Below are positions 41,421 through 50,828 of a DNA stretch of 62,632 nt, in pieces. The notes beneath the pieces are model-generated. The model ran no database searches, had not been told where the DNA came from, and worked only from the letters and a program-made list of their open reading frames with translations. This DNA comes from a virus (lineage: Duplodnaviria > Caudoviricetes): positions 1-62,632 of IMG/VR virus record IMGVR_UViG_3300029319_009000; one strand, given 5' to 3'. Both the position numbers and the translations under genes were made by a program. Numbering within the stretch: the stretch's first letter is position 1; each line of letters opens with the position of its first letter.

Positions 41421-42292
41421 TTATTTATCACCCTCTCTAGTACAGGCCACATATTGTACCTATCTAGTATTAATTTTCTTGCTTTTCTAATATCATCAAT
41501 CCTAGATTCATAATCATCTTGTTCAATAAATTTGGCAACATCCTCAACTACCTGCTGGTGATCCTTTGTTATATCAATTTTTAAAAATGATTTTTTTGGA
41601 AAGTATTTTTCTAAGTCAGCACCACCCCAATATATGGGAACACACCACCTTAATATTGCATCTGTAAATTGAGTTCCAAAAAAGTCTCTTGCTATATCTT
41701 GGTTATCAAAAGCTAATGTGTATTTATACGAATCTAAAGCATTTGTTTTATCATTGTTATCTAGCTCTTTATTAGCATACCTAATTGGTCCATATAAATC
41801 TAGCAAATTTGGACACAAAGACATAAACTTTCCCAAAAAGTCGTGCCTTAAAACATGACCATAAGTCATTCTCTTATCGCTCTGAACACAACTTAGTATA
41901 TCACTTTTTTTTGGTGGGGTTTGTTCTTTTTTTAACTGATCATATGTAAGACCGATGCCTCCGCTGGACTTATTAGGATACCACCACTTAGTCCACAATA
42001 TATTTGTCCCATCCCAAAATGAATTTCTACTGACTTGGCTTGGAGGATAGAATTGTTGTATTTGTGGCGTCATGGCTTCTCTAGAAAAATATAATATTTT
42101 TTCTTTTTCAAACCTTTGAATTAGATGTGGATCGCACTGATCTTGGACTACCACATAGTCCGCCTCGTTTTCATCTACGGTATATGTTATATTTGACCAC
42201 ACACCACTATCGTTTGGAGATTGCTTAATGTAGTCTTGTACCATCTGTTCTGATGTGAGACCCCAATTTGGGGCAAAGTATATTTTTTTCAT
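41417..42292 (-). CDS. GT10 (alpha-1,3-fucosyltransferase-like) glycosyltransferase, divergent
   Basis: YKYTLAFDN..FFGTQFTDAILRWCVPIYWG resembles the GT10 YKF.LAFEN..Y.TEK..DA....VPIY.G motif. Confidence 0.75.
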   Translation of the reverse strand: MKKIYFAPNWGLTSEQMVQDYIKQSPNDSGVWSNITYTVDENEADYVVVQDQCDPHLIQRFEKEKILYFSREAMTPQIQQFYPPSQVSRNSFWDGTNILWTKWWYPNKSSGGIGLTYDQLKKEQTPPKKSDILSCVQSDKRMTYGHVLRHDFLGKFMSLCPNLLDLYGPIRYANKELDNNDKTNALDSYKYTLAFDNQDIARDFFGTQFTDAILRWCVPIYWGGADLEKYFPKKSFLKIDITKDHQQVVEDVAKFIEQDDYESRIDDIRKARKLILDRYNMWPVLERVINK

Positions 42293-42318
42293 TTTTATTT
42301 ATTTAATTTGGTATTAAA

Positions 42319-43116
42319 TTACTCATATAGTCTATAATGTGAGTAAGTGTTATTTAATTCAATCTCTTTTTGACCAACAAATCTATCCCATATTCTGCGG
42401 TCTTTTGTTCCGGGTGAAGGATTTAGGTCCTTTCCCCACCAACTCCTTGTTATTTTCCAATCCCTTGGCATGCAATACTTAGATATCTTAATATCAACAT
42501 CTAAAGAATTTAAATAATTCATCCAAGTATTTTCAGTATTATGAGATCTTTTAGTTTCATAAAAGTGATTATAAAATTGACAAACTTTATCAATTTTTTT
42601 ACTATCAGAAAAACACAAAATGTCGCTTGCACTACCCAAGAATACTTGACATATCCAAAGAAATTGTGTTTTTTCTATTTCATTACAAAATAAACCATTA
42701 TAGTAGATAATGTCTGGTCTACTCATAACAACTACATCATATTCAAAGTCATTATTTTTTTCATGCTCTTTTTTTAATTCATTAACCTTGTACTTGCTAT
42801 ATTGAGAGTATAGTACGCCCTCCTCACATTGATTATGAAATATAGTTTTATTAGGATTTTTAATATCTTGCTCTTCAACTAGCATATTTACCGGCTTATA
42901 TATCGATTTTATTTTATCTATATCGATTGGACAGTTGTCTACTTTTAGATATCCATCATGCCAAGTTGGGGTTTGAGGCTCTAAATAATTCCAAGTATGT
43001 ATAAACACATCACATTCATACTTGTCTTTTAAATTATTTTTTAAAAAGCTAAACGACTGATGCGTGAAGCCATAACTCCTCATATGACCAAAAAATAAAA
43101 AAGCTAATTTTTTCAT
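42319..43116 (-). CDS. Putative GT-A-like glycosyltransferase / glycan-locus hypothetical protein
   Basis: LAFLFFGHMR, DVFIHTW, YDVVVMSRPD pattern seen in polysaccharide-locus proteins. Confidence 0.55.
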   Translation of the reverse strand: MKKLAFLFFGHMRSYGFTHQSFSFLKNNLKDKYECDVFIHTWNYLEPQTPTWHDGYLKVDNCPIDIDKIKSIYKPVNMLVEEQDIKNPNKTIFHNQCEEGVLYSQYSKYKVNELKKEHEKNNDFEYDVVVMSRPDIIYYNGLFCNEIEKTQFLWICQVFLGSASDILCFSDSKKIDKVCQFYNHFYETKRSHNTENTWMNYLNSLDVDIKISKYCMPRDWKITRSWWGKDLNPSPGTKDRRIWDRFVGQKEIELNNTYSHYRLYE

Positions 43117-43559
43117 ATTATGTAATCTTCTATGCCCAAAATAAAGTCAGAACAAACTCCCGCCACACAGCTCTTTATTTGCCAATTTGCTCTTTCGGGC
43201 ATAACACATATAGAGTTTTCAGTCAAGTACTTTCCGGGATAAGTCCAAATATACCCATCACTTGTGAGCGTAGCATCATCTGTATTATGAAAAAAGCATC
43301 TTACATTATTTTTCATTAGGAATTGTAAGGCTTCTATGTTTTTACAATGACACCAAAATTTATCATTTTTTAGAAAGCTTAAATCTACTAAATGCTCAGG
43401 CATATCATGACCTAAGTATAACTTATTTTCTATTAGCCAAACATCAATTTCTACATCAAAGCCTTCTTTTAGTGCCTCCACAATGTAAGATGGATGATTC
43501 TCGTATCTTTGATTTGGACCTTTAATGTTGCCTCGATGAGATATTGATTTAAACTTCAT
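43113..43559 (-). CDS. Minimal glycerophosphodiester phosphodiesterase-like (PLC-like) protein
   Basis: ISHRGN, EN, VEIDVW, LGHD, GVCSD motifs. Confidence 0.78.
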   Translation of the reverse strand: MKFKSISHRGNIKGPNQRYENHPSYIVEALKEGFDVEIDVWLIENKLYLGHDMPEHLVDLSFLKNDKFWCHCKNIEALQFLMKNNVRCFFHNTDDATLTSDGYIWTYPGKYLTENSICVMPERANWQIKSCVAGVCSDFILGIEDYII

Positions 43560-43869
43560 ATTTGTCCCCCGGAACTGATGGAGACTTTATGCAAATCACT
43601 TCACAGTCTTCAAGAAAAACTGGGTCTGCTACTTCTCCCGGATAAACAATGAATATGTCACCAGCTACTAATTCTTCATTGCACATTTTCATCCGACCTC
43701 TTATGAGTAAATTAATTTCTGTCCCTATTTTGTGCATATGCTTTTGCCAAATTTCTCCCTTTGGGTGAACCTTGTAGCAAACTTCAAAATCTTCACTTTT
43801 AAAAGCAGTTGGTTCGAAATTACCCACAAACCAGCCTGCCTTCATGTTTTCTATTCTAAGTTTTTTCAT
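43549..43869 (-). CDS. Small cupin-fold protein
   Basis: GWFVGNFEP, HMHKIGTEIN, GDIF; start placed at ATG 43869 downstream of GGAG. Confidence 0.72.
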   Translation of the reverse strand: MKKLRIENMKAGWFVGNFEPTAFKSEDFEVCYKVHPKGEIWQKHMHKIGTEINLLIRGRMKMCNEELVAGDIFIVYPGEVADPVFLEDCEVICIKSPSVPGDKYEV

Positions 43870-43927
43870 GACTTTATATCGCTCCAATCTACATCAAAAA
43901 ATTTTATGCTCAATTGAACGGTGTTCA

Positions 43928-45115
43928 TTAAATCTTTCCCCATTTCTCAATTGCTTGATAATATTCTTCTCCGTATTCTTTATCAATACTTTGGCGCATA
44001 GCTTTTGCCCCGCCAAGAGATCCTCCGGGGTGTCCATGTATCGCACCGCCCACATTAGCCATGTAATCAACTCCAAACCTTTCGTTAATTGCATCGATCA
44101 AACCGGGATGCATTCCGCAACTAAGTGCTGGCAATACTCCATGATTAGTTAAAATATCAAGGGTTGCCTTTAAGTCTTCCTCATTATCGGACAGATACCC
44201 TCCCCACATTCCAGCATGAATAAAATCCACACCCATAAGACCAGCTAGATCACACAATACATCCCAAGCTATATTAAAGTCATGGTTTTTGTTAGTTAGA
44301 ATTTTATCTCCGCTTTTTTGAAAGTGTACAAACAATGGAAGGTCCAATTCTCTAATTGACTTATACACCCCAAGCCCACTCCAAAAGTTAATATGAACAG
44401 CATTACCGCCAAGTTCATGCACCCTTTTAACCCTATCAATGACGTGCATAGCGTCAGAGTTTATACAAACAGCATAAACAACATTCTTATCCTTAAGATA
44501 ATCCATTATCATAGGTACCCTAACTTCAATTGGACAGATGGCAGGATTAGCCATGATTTCATCTTCTTTAATGAAGTTAACTCCTCCTTCAACCATCTGC
44601 TTAACCATTTCAAGCAATACCTCTGGGGTTACTCCGATTTTTGGCTTTACAATGCCTCCAAACAAAGGCTTGTCATGACATTTAGTAAACTCTCTAATTC
44701 CACTAATTCCAAACTTAGGACCAAGGAAGTATTTTTCTTTTACTGTTTCTGGTATGTCAAGCTTTAAAAGTTGGCATTTTTCAAAGATATCAATATCTAA
44801 TTGACCGCCCATAAGCTGACATAGCAGATGTGATATGCCGTCTGTTTCAAAGTCTGTATTTACAATCGGAAAGGCTATCGTTACTTTTCCTTCTGTTAGT
44901 TTTTCTAGCTCTTCTTCATCACCAACTATCATGCAGGAATGATTTTCAAAAAGTTCATCTGTTTCCCACGAATTTCTAACATTTGGATTCCCCACAGATT
45001 GACCAACAGCTAATCCCCATGCAGCATCACGAAGTGTTGTCTTAGATTTAATATTATAATCGGCAATAATATACTTGTTTTTATCTAGATTTTCATTTTT
45101 TCTAAAAAGATTCAC
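43928..45115 (-). CDS. rlp: RuBisCO-like protein (form IV RLP), non-carboxylating
   Basis: GPKFGISGIR, GGIVKPKIG (K175/K177), NFIKEDE (K201/D203/E204), DFIHAG, GGAIHGHP.G...GA.A.RQ; several carboxylase residues substituted; no small subunit. Confidence 0.93.
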   Translation of the reverse strand: MNLFRKNENLDKNKYIIADYNIKSKTTLRDAAWGLAVGQSVGNPNVRNSWETDELFENHSCMIVGDEEELEKLTEGKVTIAFPIVNTDFETDGISHLLCQLMGGQLDIDIFEKCQLLKLDIPETVKEKYFLGPKFGISGIREFTKCHDKPLFGGIVKPKIGVTPEVLLEMVKQMVEGGVNFIKEDEIMANPAICPIEVRVPMIMDYLKDKNVVYAVCINSDAMHVIDRVKRVHELGGNAVHINFWSGLGVYKSIRELDLPLFVHFQKSGDKILTNKNHDFNIAWDVLCDLAGLMGVDFIHAGMWGGYLSDNEEDLKATLDILTNHGVLPALSCGMHPGLIDAINERFGVDYMANVGGAIHGHPGGSLGGAKAMRQSIDKEYGEEYYQAIEKWGKI

Positions 45116-45852
45116 TAGTTATTCTCCTTATCTTTTTCCAATAGAATTAGGAAGTCTTCAAGCTCTTCCGGTGTTCCCATGCCTCTCCACTCGTAGACTG
45201 GATATGGTATTACTTTACCATTTTCTACATGTATTAATTCATTATAAACTGGACAGACGTAAAATTCATTATTAAATCTAATATTTTTTCTGATCATTGA
45301 TTTAGCATTTTCAACATATGACGCTCCTGTCTTCCAATAATACACACCAACAGTCGCCAAATTACTAATAACTTGTTTTTCAGCAACTTGAGTTACATTC
45401 TTAGTATTATAGTTTATTTTTGCGTATGAATATTTTGGACTATCAGACAGGAAATATGGGATAGCACCATCGCACTCTTGTTTTCTGACAAAATTTATAA
45501 AATGATTACCATCCCAATCTATCCACTGGTCTGAATTGCAAATAAGTAATTCTTGATCATTATCAATAAATTCTTCCGCTAGAAGGGCTGTACAGGCCGC
45601 ACCTTCGGTTAAGCCATCAGTCAAAACTATTTCTACATCGGGCTTTAAATCTCTTAATTCTTTTTCAAAATATGGATATTTTTCAAGGTGTCCTTTTTGT
45701 AAAATAAAAATATATTTTCCTTCTAAATTAATATTATCTACGACTCTTTTGATCATAGGTATACCATCAACTAAAATTAGAGGCTTTGGTCTCTCAAAGC
45801 CTTCTTTCGCAAATCTACTTCCGGCTCCCGCCATTGGTATTAAAATATTCAT
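45115..45852 (-). CDS. Sugar-phosphate nucleotidyltransferase (NTP transferase / GT-A fold)
   Basis: ILIPMAGAGSRF..PKPLI, TEGAACT, NSDQ, VAEK, EFYVCPVYN, MGTPEEL. Confidence 0.88.
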   Translation of the reverse strand: MNILIPMAGAGSRFAKEGFERPKPLILVDGIPMIKRVVDNINLEGKYIFILQKGHLEKYPYFEKELRDLKPDVEIVLTDGLTEGAACTALLAEEFIDNDQELLICNSDQWIDWDGNHFINFVRKQECDGAIPYFLSDSPKYSYAKINYNTKNVTQVAEKQVISNLATVGVYYWKTGASYVENAKSMIRKNIRFNNEFYVCPVYNELIHVENGKVIPYPVYEWRGMGTPEELEDFLILLEKDKENN

Positions 45853-45862
45853 ATTATATTCC

Positions 45863-46723
45863 TTAAATCATTTCTAAAATTTCTTCTATGGTGAATTTAT
45901 CTGCTTCGGAAGAATCTTTGCCATCTTCTAGTATTTTTTCATGAAGATTTTCTCCGGGCTGAAGCCCTATTTCTTTAATTTTCAATTGTTTTCCGGGTGG
46001 TAAGTATTTTTCTGCCATGGCTTGAAGAAGGTCTCCAACGCTCATTGATTTCATTTCTGGTACGTATGGGCTGCAATTAGATGCTTTGTTCATGCACTCA
46101 AATATTAGATCTACTGCCTGATTTACTGTCCAAAAATATCTTGTCGCAGACGGGTCTGTAACGATAACCTCCCTACCTTCTTGAAGAAGTTTTTTCCATT
46201 TACATAGCACTGAACCTGTTGAGTATAGCACATTTCCATATCTCAATATTCTATATTTAATATTAGGATAATTTCTTTCAAATTGCAAGAACATTCTTTC
46301 CATTAAATACTTTGTTGCCCCGTATACTCCATTTACTTGCGCTGCCTTGTCTGTGCTAATTCCAACTACAAACTCTATATTGTTTTTGGATGACTGCTCT
46401 AATATATTTAAAGATCCCAAAATATTAGACCTTACGCACTCTCTTGTCTGAACCTCTGATATTCCTACATGCTTAAAAGCCGCTAAATGAAATATCCCTG
46501 TAACACCCTTCATTGCCTGATGCACGTCGAAAGGATCGCATATATCTCCTGTGTATATTTCTACAGTTGGAAATTCTTGCTTTAACTCAATTAATTTACC
46601 CTCATCTCGTGCAAGAACAACTACAGAGCCGCCAGAATTAATAATTCTTCGGATTAATTCTGCTCCAAGAAAACCACTTCCTCCAGTTACCAAATACCGA
46701 TTGCCTTTTTCAATATTTATCAA
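45863..46723 (-). CDS. UDP-GlcNAc 4,6-dehydratase-like SDR (PseB/CapD family)
   Basis: VTGGSGFLG, HLAAFKHV, STDKA, YGATK, RYGNV, IGLQPGENLHE. Confidence 0.88.
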   Translation of the reverse strand: MINIEKGNRYLVTGGSGFLGAELIRRIINSGGSVVVLARDEGKLIELKQEFPTVEIYTGDICDPFDVHQAMKGVTGIFHLAAFKHVGISEVQTRECVRSNILGSLNILEQSSKNNIEFVVGISTDKAAQVNGVYGATKYLMERMFLQFERNYPNIKYRILRYGNVLYSTGSVLCKWKKLLQEGREVIVTDPSATRYFWTVNQAVDLIFECMNKASNCSPYVPEMKSMSVGDLLQAMAEKYLPPGKQLKIKEIGLQPGENLHEKILEDGKDSSEADKFTIEEILEMI

Positions 46724-46744
46724 TTTATTTCACCCTTTATTGTA

Positions 46745-47527
46745 TTATTTCCTTCCAGAATCACTGCCATCTAAGTGCGATATAATTTTTTCATCATGGC
46801 TTGACCCATAGTTGTATATGCCCCATTTCTTATGGGCACTGTCAAAACCCAAAATAGAGATGTCTTTTTTATAAAAGAGATTTAAATTATATTCAACTAT
46901 TCCAGTTATTCCATCTCTATTAATTGCAGCATATTTTACCCAATCTTTTTTAAATTTATCAACTCTTAGAATATGTGGATGTGTCGCTATGCAGTCCGTT
47001 TTCATAAAATAATGATCGTTAATGTTTTGCTCTTCAACATATGTTTCCCAAAAATCCTCATCCCCAACTTCTGGGTTGTCAATATGAGCCAACTGATTTT
47101 TTCTTTTATTAAATCTAACAAAATTTATCTCGTCTGTTTTGTGCATGGCTGTTAAAAGCTTTGCAGTATCTATATTTCTTAAGAAATTCCAATCATGCTC
47201 ACAAAAAAGGACATATGGAGTAGTGCTTGAGTAAACAGCCCTAACATAGTTATCTCTTAAACCTGTATTAAGAAATCCGCTGTGCCTACATTCTTTAATT
47301 TCTATGTTCTCTATTTTTTTAAGATTCTTTATATATTCTTTGTGGTTAACATTGTCAATGTCGCTATCACAATAAACAATAAATTTGCACTCATTAATAT
47401 TGGAAAATCTTTTTCTTATAGATGATATGGTTGATTCAATGACCGCAACAGAAGGTGCAGACGGAAGAACGTGTGTTGTTATTACAACCGTTAAAAGATC
47501 TTTAAGTTTTTGGTTGTTGGCTCTCAC
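46745..47527 (-). CDS. Putative GT-A fold glycosyltransferase
   Basis: LTVVITTH, TPYVLFCEHDW (DxD-like), C-terminal HLDG. Confidence 0.65.
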   Translation of the reverse strand: MRANNQKLKDLLTVVITTHVLPSAPSVAVIESTISSIRKRFSNINECKFIVYCDSDIDNVNHKEYIKNLKKIENIEIKECRHSGFLNTGLRDNYVRAVYSSTTPYVLFCEHDWNFLRNIDTAKLLTAMHKTDEINFVRFNKRKNQLAHIDNPEVGDEDFWETYVEEQNINDHYFMKTDCIATHPHILRVDKFKKDWVKYAAINRDGITGIVEYNLNLFYKKDISILGFDSAHKKWGIYNYGSSHDEKIISHLDGSDSGRK

Positions 47528-49517
47528 TTCCTATCTCACAAATCATTCTAACATCAACTTTGTCTTTATCTTCGTTTCTGTTAATTTTCATCTTTTTTAC
47601 AACTTCTATACCAGCAAATTTTACACCAAAAAGATAAAAATGTTTAGAAGGATTGTGAATAATTTCATGTCTAGTGTCCGAATAATGCTTCTCTTCTTCG
47701 TTGTGGCAAGAAATGTCTGTACTTAAATATCCTATATTTTTTTTGTGTAAAAAATCTATATCTCTGCAATCTCTTAGCCCATATGCACTAAGGACTGCGC
47801 TTGAATCTACGCAAAAATCGCCTTTATCTTGTCTATTATCAACGATGTTTTTGTATGTTCTAAAGAAGTCATCAAACTTGTTTGTTTCTGACCAAACTCT
47901 ATAATTTAACATGTGTACACTATTTTGATTATATATACTAGATGCTATTCTCCAAGTTTCCGCTTGTGTATCATTGATGTGAACAGAGTGTTTTCCGTTG
48001 CCACATAGTTCTCTTATATTTTCTTTTAAAACATCTAAATTTGACCTATTTTCCTCTTCGACCAAAAGAGTTGCGACAACATTTCCTTCGGTAAAACAAT
48101 ATGATTTTTTTTCAATTACTCCGGGTAGACCCTGCTCTTTTGTACCAATCCAAGGTTCACCATAGTATAGGTTGTGTATGTAATTTTTTTGACCTTGATC
48201 TGTTAATTCAACAGACTTTTCATAAACAACATTTACACTTTCGTTGATCAAATCTTTGATTTTTTGAATATCGACATCATGGGATGGAAACAAACTTATA
48301 GTATAAAGATTATCTTTATTTCTGCAAAATTCTAATGCCATTTCATCGGCATAATCTCTTCTAAGACCTTCTTTAACAATGTCCTTTTTATTTAAAAAAT
48401 AATTTGCTGTGCAATCTATCTGTCCTTTTGAAATGTCAGATTCTTCAGATAAAACATTTTTACCTAATGCGATGCAAGATGCGATTCTATGAGCACCATT
48501 AATTGCTAATCCCTTAATTGTTGGAATTTTGCCATGAGATTCTTCAAAGCCATTGTCTTTTAGAGACTGTATGGTCTCTTCAAAGGATTCTAAAAAGTCT
48601 TTCTGTCCATCTTTGGGAGGATCTTTTTCTACAAAACCATTCCAAACTTCCAAATGATGAAGATATAAATCTTTTGCAAAATCTGATTGATTGTTGTTTA
48701 ATATGCTCTTTGCATAAATTGTCTTTGCTGCAATATCAAATCTGTTAAATCTAAGAAAATCACTTGCTTTTTTATAATCTTGTAGCGGCTTATATTTTTC
48801 TTTTGATCTAATTTCCTTTTCTAATTTGACCTGATATGTGTTGTCAACCTTGTGATCGTTTAGTGGATTTACAAGATTGTATGCATATAGCATGTCTTTC
48901 ACATAATGACTTTTATAAGAAGACATCTCTAACATTGGAAACATAAAAGCAAGATCCCAAGCCATTCTGTAAAAGTTTCCTTCTGTATCTAAGAAATCTT
49001 CTTTTTTAATTTTGCTCCAAAGAAAATATTTAAATGTCCTCAAGTGAGAAGAGCACCACTCTGATTCTCTAAAGGCGTTATTTCTAATAACACTCTCGGG
49101 GATTTGTCTTGCAAACTTTCCCCTTTGCTTAGATGGATATTCAATGTAACTTCCATATGTCATCCAGCATTTTTTTTGATTGTAAATGTCATTAAGTTTT
49201 GTTAAAACATCAGCACTAGCAAACCAATCATCTCCATCAAGTGTTACAATAATGTCTTCTTGTTTGGGATTAGAATATTCAATTCCATCATAAATGTTTT
49301 TTAAAGCAAAAGACTTTTCTTCTCTGTTTATTAAAACAAAGTTGTCTTTTCCCTCTATTTCTTTTTCAATAATCTCTCTTGTCGAGTCTGTCGATATATC
49401 ATTCAACAATATGCACTGATAATTTTTATATTTTTGTGCCATCACAGACCTGATGCATAATTTGATATATTTTTCTACATTATAAAATGGTATGATTATT
49501 TTAAAGTGATTCTCCAA
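47502..49517 (-). CDS. GT2 glycosyltransferase fused to additional domains (ParB/Srx-like, NDK-like, nucleotidyltransferase-like)
   Basis: IIIPFYN, NDISTD, LDGDD (GT2); INGAHRIA; KHSVHIND; DSSAVL..YGLR...DIDF and KMK..R..KD..D. Confidence 0.75.
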   Translation of the reverse strand: MENHFKIIIPFYNVEKYIKLCIRSVMAQKYKNYQCILLNDISTDSTREIIEKEIEGKDNFVLINREEKSFALKNIYDGIEYSNPKQEDIIVTLDGDDWFASADVLTKLNDIYNQKKCWMTYGSYIEYPSKQRGKFARQIPESVIRNNAFRESEWCSSHLRTFKYFLWSKIKKEDFLDTEGNFYRMAWDLAFMFPMLEMSSYKSHYVKDMLYAYNLVNPLNDHKVDNTYQVKLEKEIRSKEKYKPLQDYKKASDFLRFNRFDIAAKTIYAKSILNNNQSDFAKDLYLHHLEVWNGFVEKDPPKDGQKDFLESFEETIQSLKDNGFEESHGKIPTIKGLAINGAHRIASCIALGKNVLSEESDISKGQIDCTANYFLNKKDIVKEGLRRDYADEMALEFCRNKDNLYTISLFPSHDVDIQKIKDLINESVNVVYEKSVELTDQGQKNYIHNLYYGEPWIGTKEQGLPGVIEKKSYCFTEGNVVATLLVEEENRSNLDVLKENIRELCGNGKHSVHINDTQAETWRIASSIYNQNSVHMLNYRVWSETNKFDDFFRTYKNIVDNRQDKGDFCVDSSAVLSAYGLRDCRDIDFLHKKNIGYLSTDISCHNEEEKHYSDTRHEIIHNPSKHFYLFGVKFAGIEVVKKMKINRNEDKDKVDVRMICEIGSESQQPKT

Positions 49518-49520
49518 AGC

Positions 49521-50369
49521 CTATTCTCCTAGATACTTCAATACAATCTCAGGTATTTGTAATCTTTTTTCTTTCATTTTGTCGATGAGAGGTTTCCCCT
49601 TTAATGTGAACCACTCTTCGCTTGTTGCTCCAATTTTACTATTTGTAATAACTTTACAATCTAACATCCTTGCTTCAACAACAATCCTCGAAAGAGTCTC
49701 TAGCGTTTTTGGAAAGAATACCAGTGATTTATTCTTGTTCAATCTTGTTAAAAATTCTTGGTGCCCACAAGGCATAATCTTATCTATTTTAAGTCCTTTT
49801 GCCTTGCAATACATGATGCATCCTTCCAAGTTTTTATTTGGAATATTTGAGTACATTACAGAGCACACATCTTCTTTTTGGTCTTGTGGAATTATAATTT
49901 TCTCTAAGTGATCTAGTAATTCTTCTGACCATAAATTACCAGAAACACTGATAACATTGCCAGTTTTAATATTTTTCTCCACCACCTGCATGTGAAGCTT
50001 AGACTGACAAACAACCACCTTTGCTTTGCTGTAAAAGTCTCTATTGATTATTTGATCTTCTGGTGCCAAGTAATCTTCAAATGGAGACGGATCTCTTGTT
50101 CTGAGATACTTGTGGTCGTGCTCATAGATTATGTAAGAATAGTTTTCTTTGATATAATCTTTTACTTCTTCCGTTAGGGCAACAAAATTAGCAATAATTA
50201 TTTTTGCTTCTTTGTCAGGTAGGTTTTGAATGGTTAATCCACGGGTATGGTATTTTTTTACATCATTACCCTTATTTATTAATAACTTAATTAACTCTTC
50301 GTTATTTAGTTCTCCCCCCCCACTGATTCCATCCTCAACAAAGAAGTCGGCTAAAAAAGCGATTTTCAT
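49521..50369 (-). CDS. Putative GT-B (GT4-like) glycosyltransferase
   Basis: N-terminal GGGE, C-terminal ETLSRIVVEARML (E-x7-E). Confidence 0.7.
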   Translation of the reverse strand: MKIAFLADFFVEDGISGGGELNNEELIKLLINKGNDVKKYHTRGLTIQNLPDKEAKIIIANFVALTEEVKDYIKENYSYIIYEHDHKYLRTRDPSPFEDYLAPEDQIINRDFYSKAKVVVCQSKLHMQVVEKNIKTGNVISVSGNLWSEELLDHLEKIIIPQDQKEDVCSVMYSNIPNKNLEGCIMYCKAKGLKIDKIMPCGHQEFLTRLNKNKSLVFFPKTLETLSRIVVEARMLDCKVITNSKIGATSEEWFTLKGKPLIDKMKEKRLQIPEIVLKYLGE

Positions 50370-50828
50370 TTACTTTTCCTTATACATTCGGACATTTGTC
50401 CCAACTAGACCATCTACTAGGTCGCTAGAACTTTGAACTTTTCCGCCGCCAACACCCCAAATGAGATGGACGCCAAGTTCTTCTGCGACTGGAATTTCGG
50501 GGATATTGTCAGATGTTCTATCTCCTCCGTTGGCAAAAGCTACTTTGAAGTTGGGCCACAATGCACGAACTTGACGAAGCAAATCACAAGCAGAGTTGTC
50601 ATCATCATCAAAAGCCATAGCCTTAGAAACGCCTCGGGTGCCTTGGACCATCTCTACTCTTTCTGAGTGGGGCATGAAGATATACCCTTTCTTTCTCATT
50701 AGCCATTCATCAGAATTAACTCCGACTATAACTATTTCTGCCATCTTTGCTGATTCTTGAATCATTCGAAGGTGACCAACATGCATAGGATCGAATCCAC
50801 CGCTCAAAACCACAACATCGTAATACAT
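50370..50828 (-). CDS. HIGH-family cytidylyl/adenylyltransferase (TagD/RfaE-like)
   Basis: SGGFDPMHVGH, VGVNSD, ER, NGGDR, QSSS. Confidence 0.9.
   Translation of the reverse strand: MYYDVVVLSGGFDPMHVGHLRMIQESAKMAEIVIVGVNSDEWLMRKKGYIFMPHSERVEMVQGTRGVSKAMAFDDDDNSACDLLRQVRALWPNFKVAFANGGDRTSDNIPEIPVAEELGVHLIWGVGGGKVQSSSDLVDGLVGTNVRMYKEK

Noticed and set aside
43928-45115. Bona fide CO2-fixing RuBisCO (rbcL/cbbM) as an auxiliary metabolic gene
   Set aside because: E60, N123, H294 and K334 equivalents appear substituted; no small subunit or phosphoribulokinase; the context is sugar-nucleotide synthesis.
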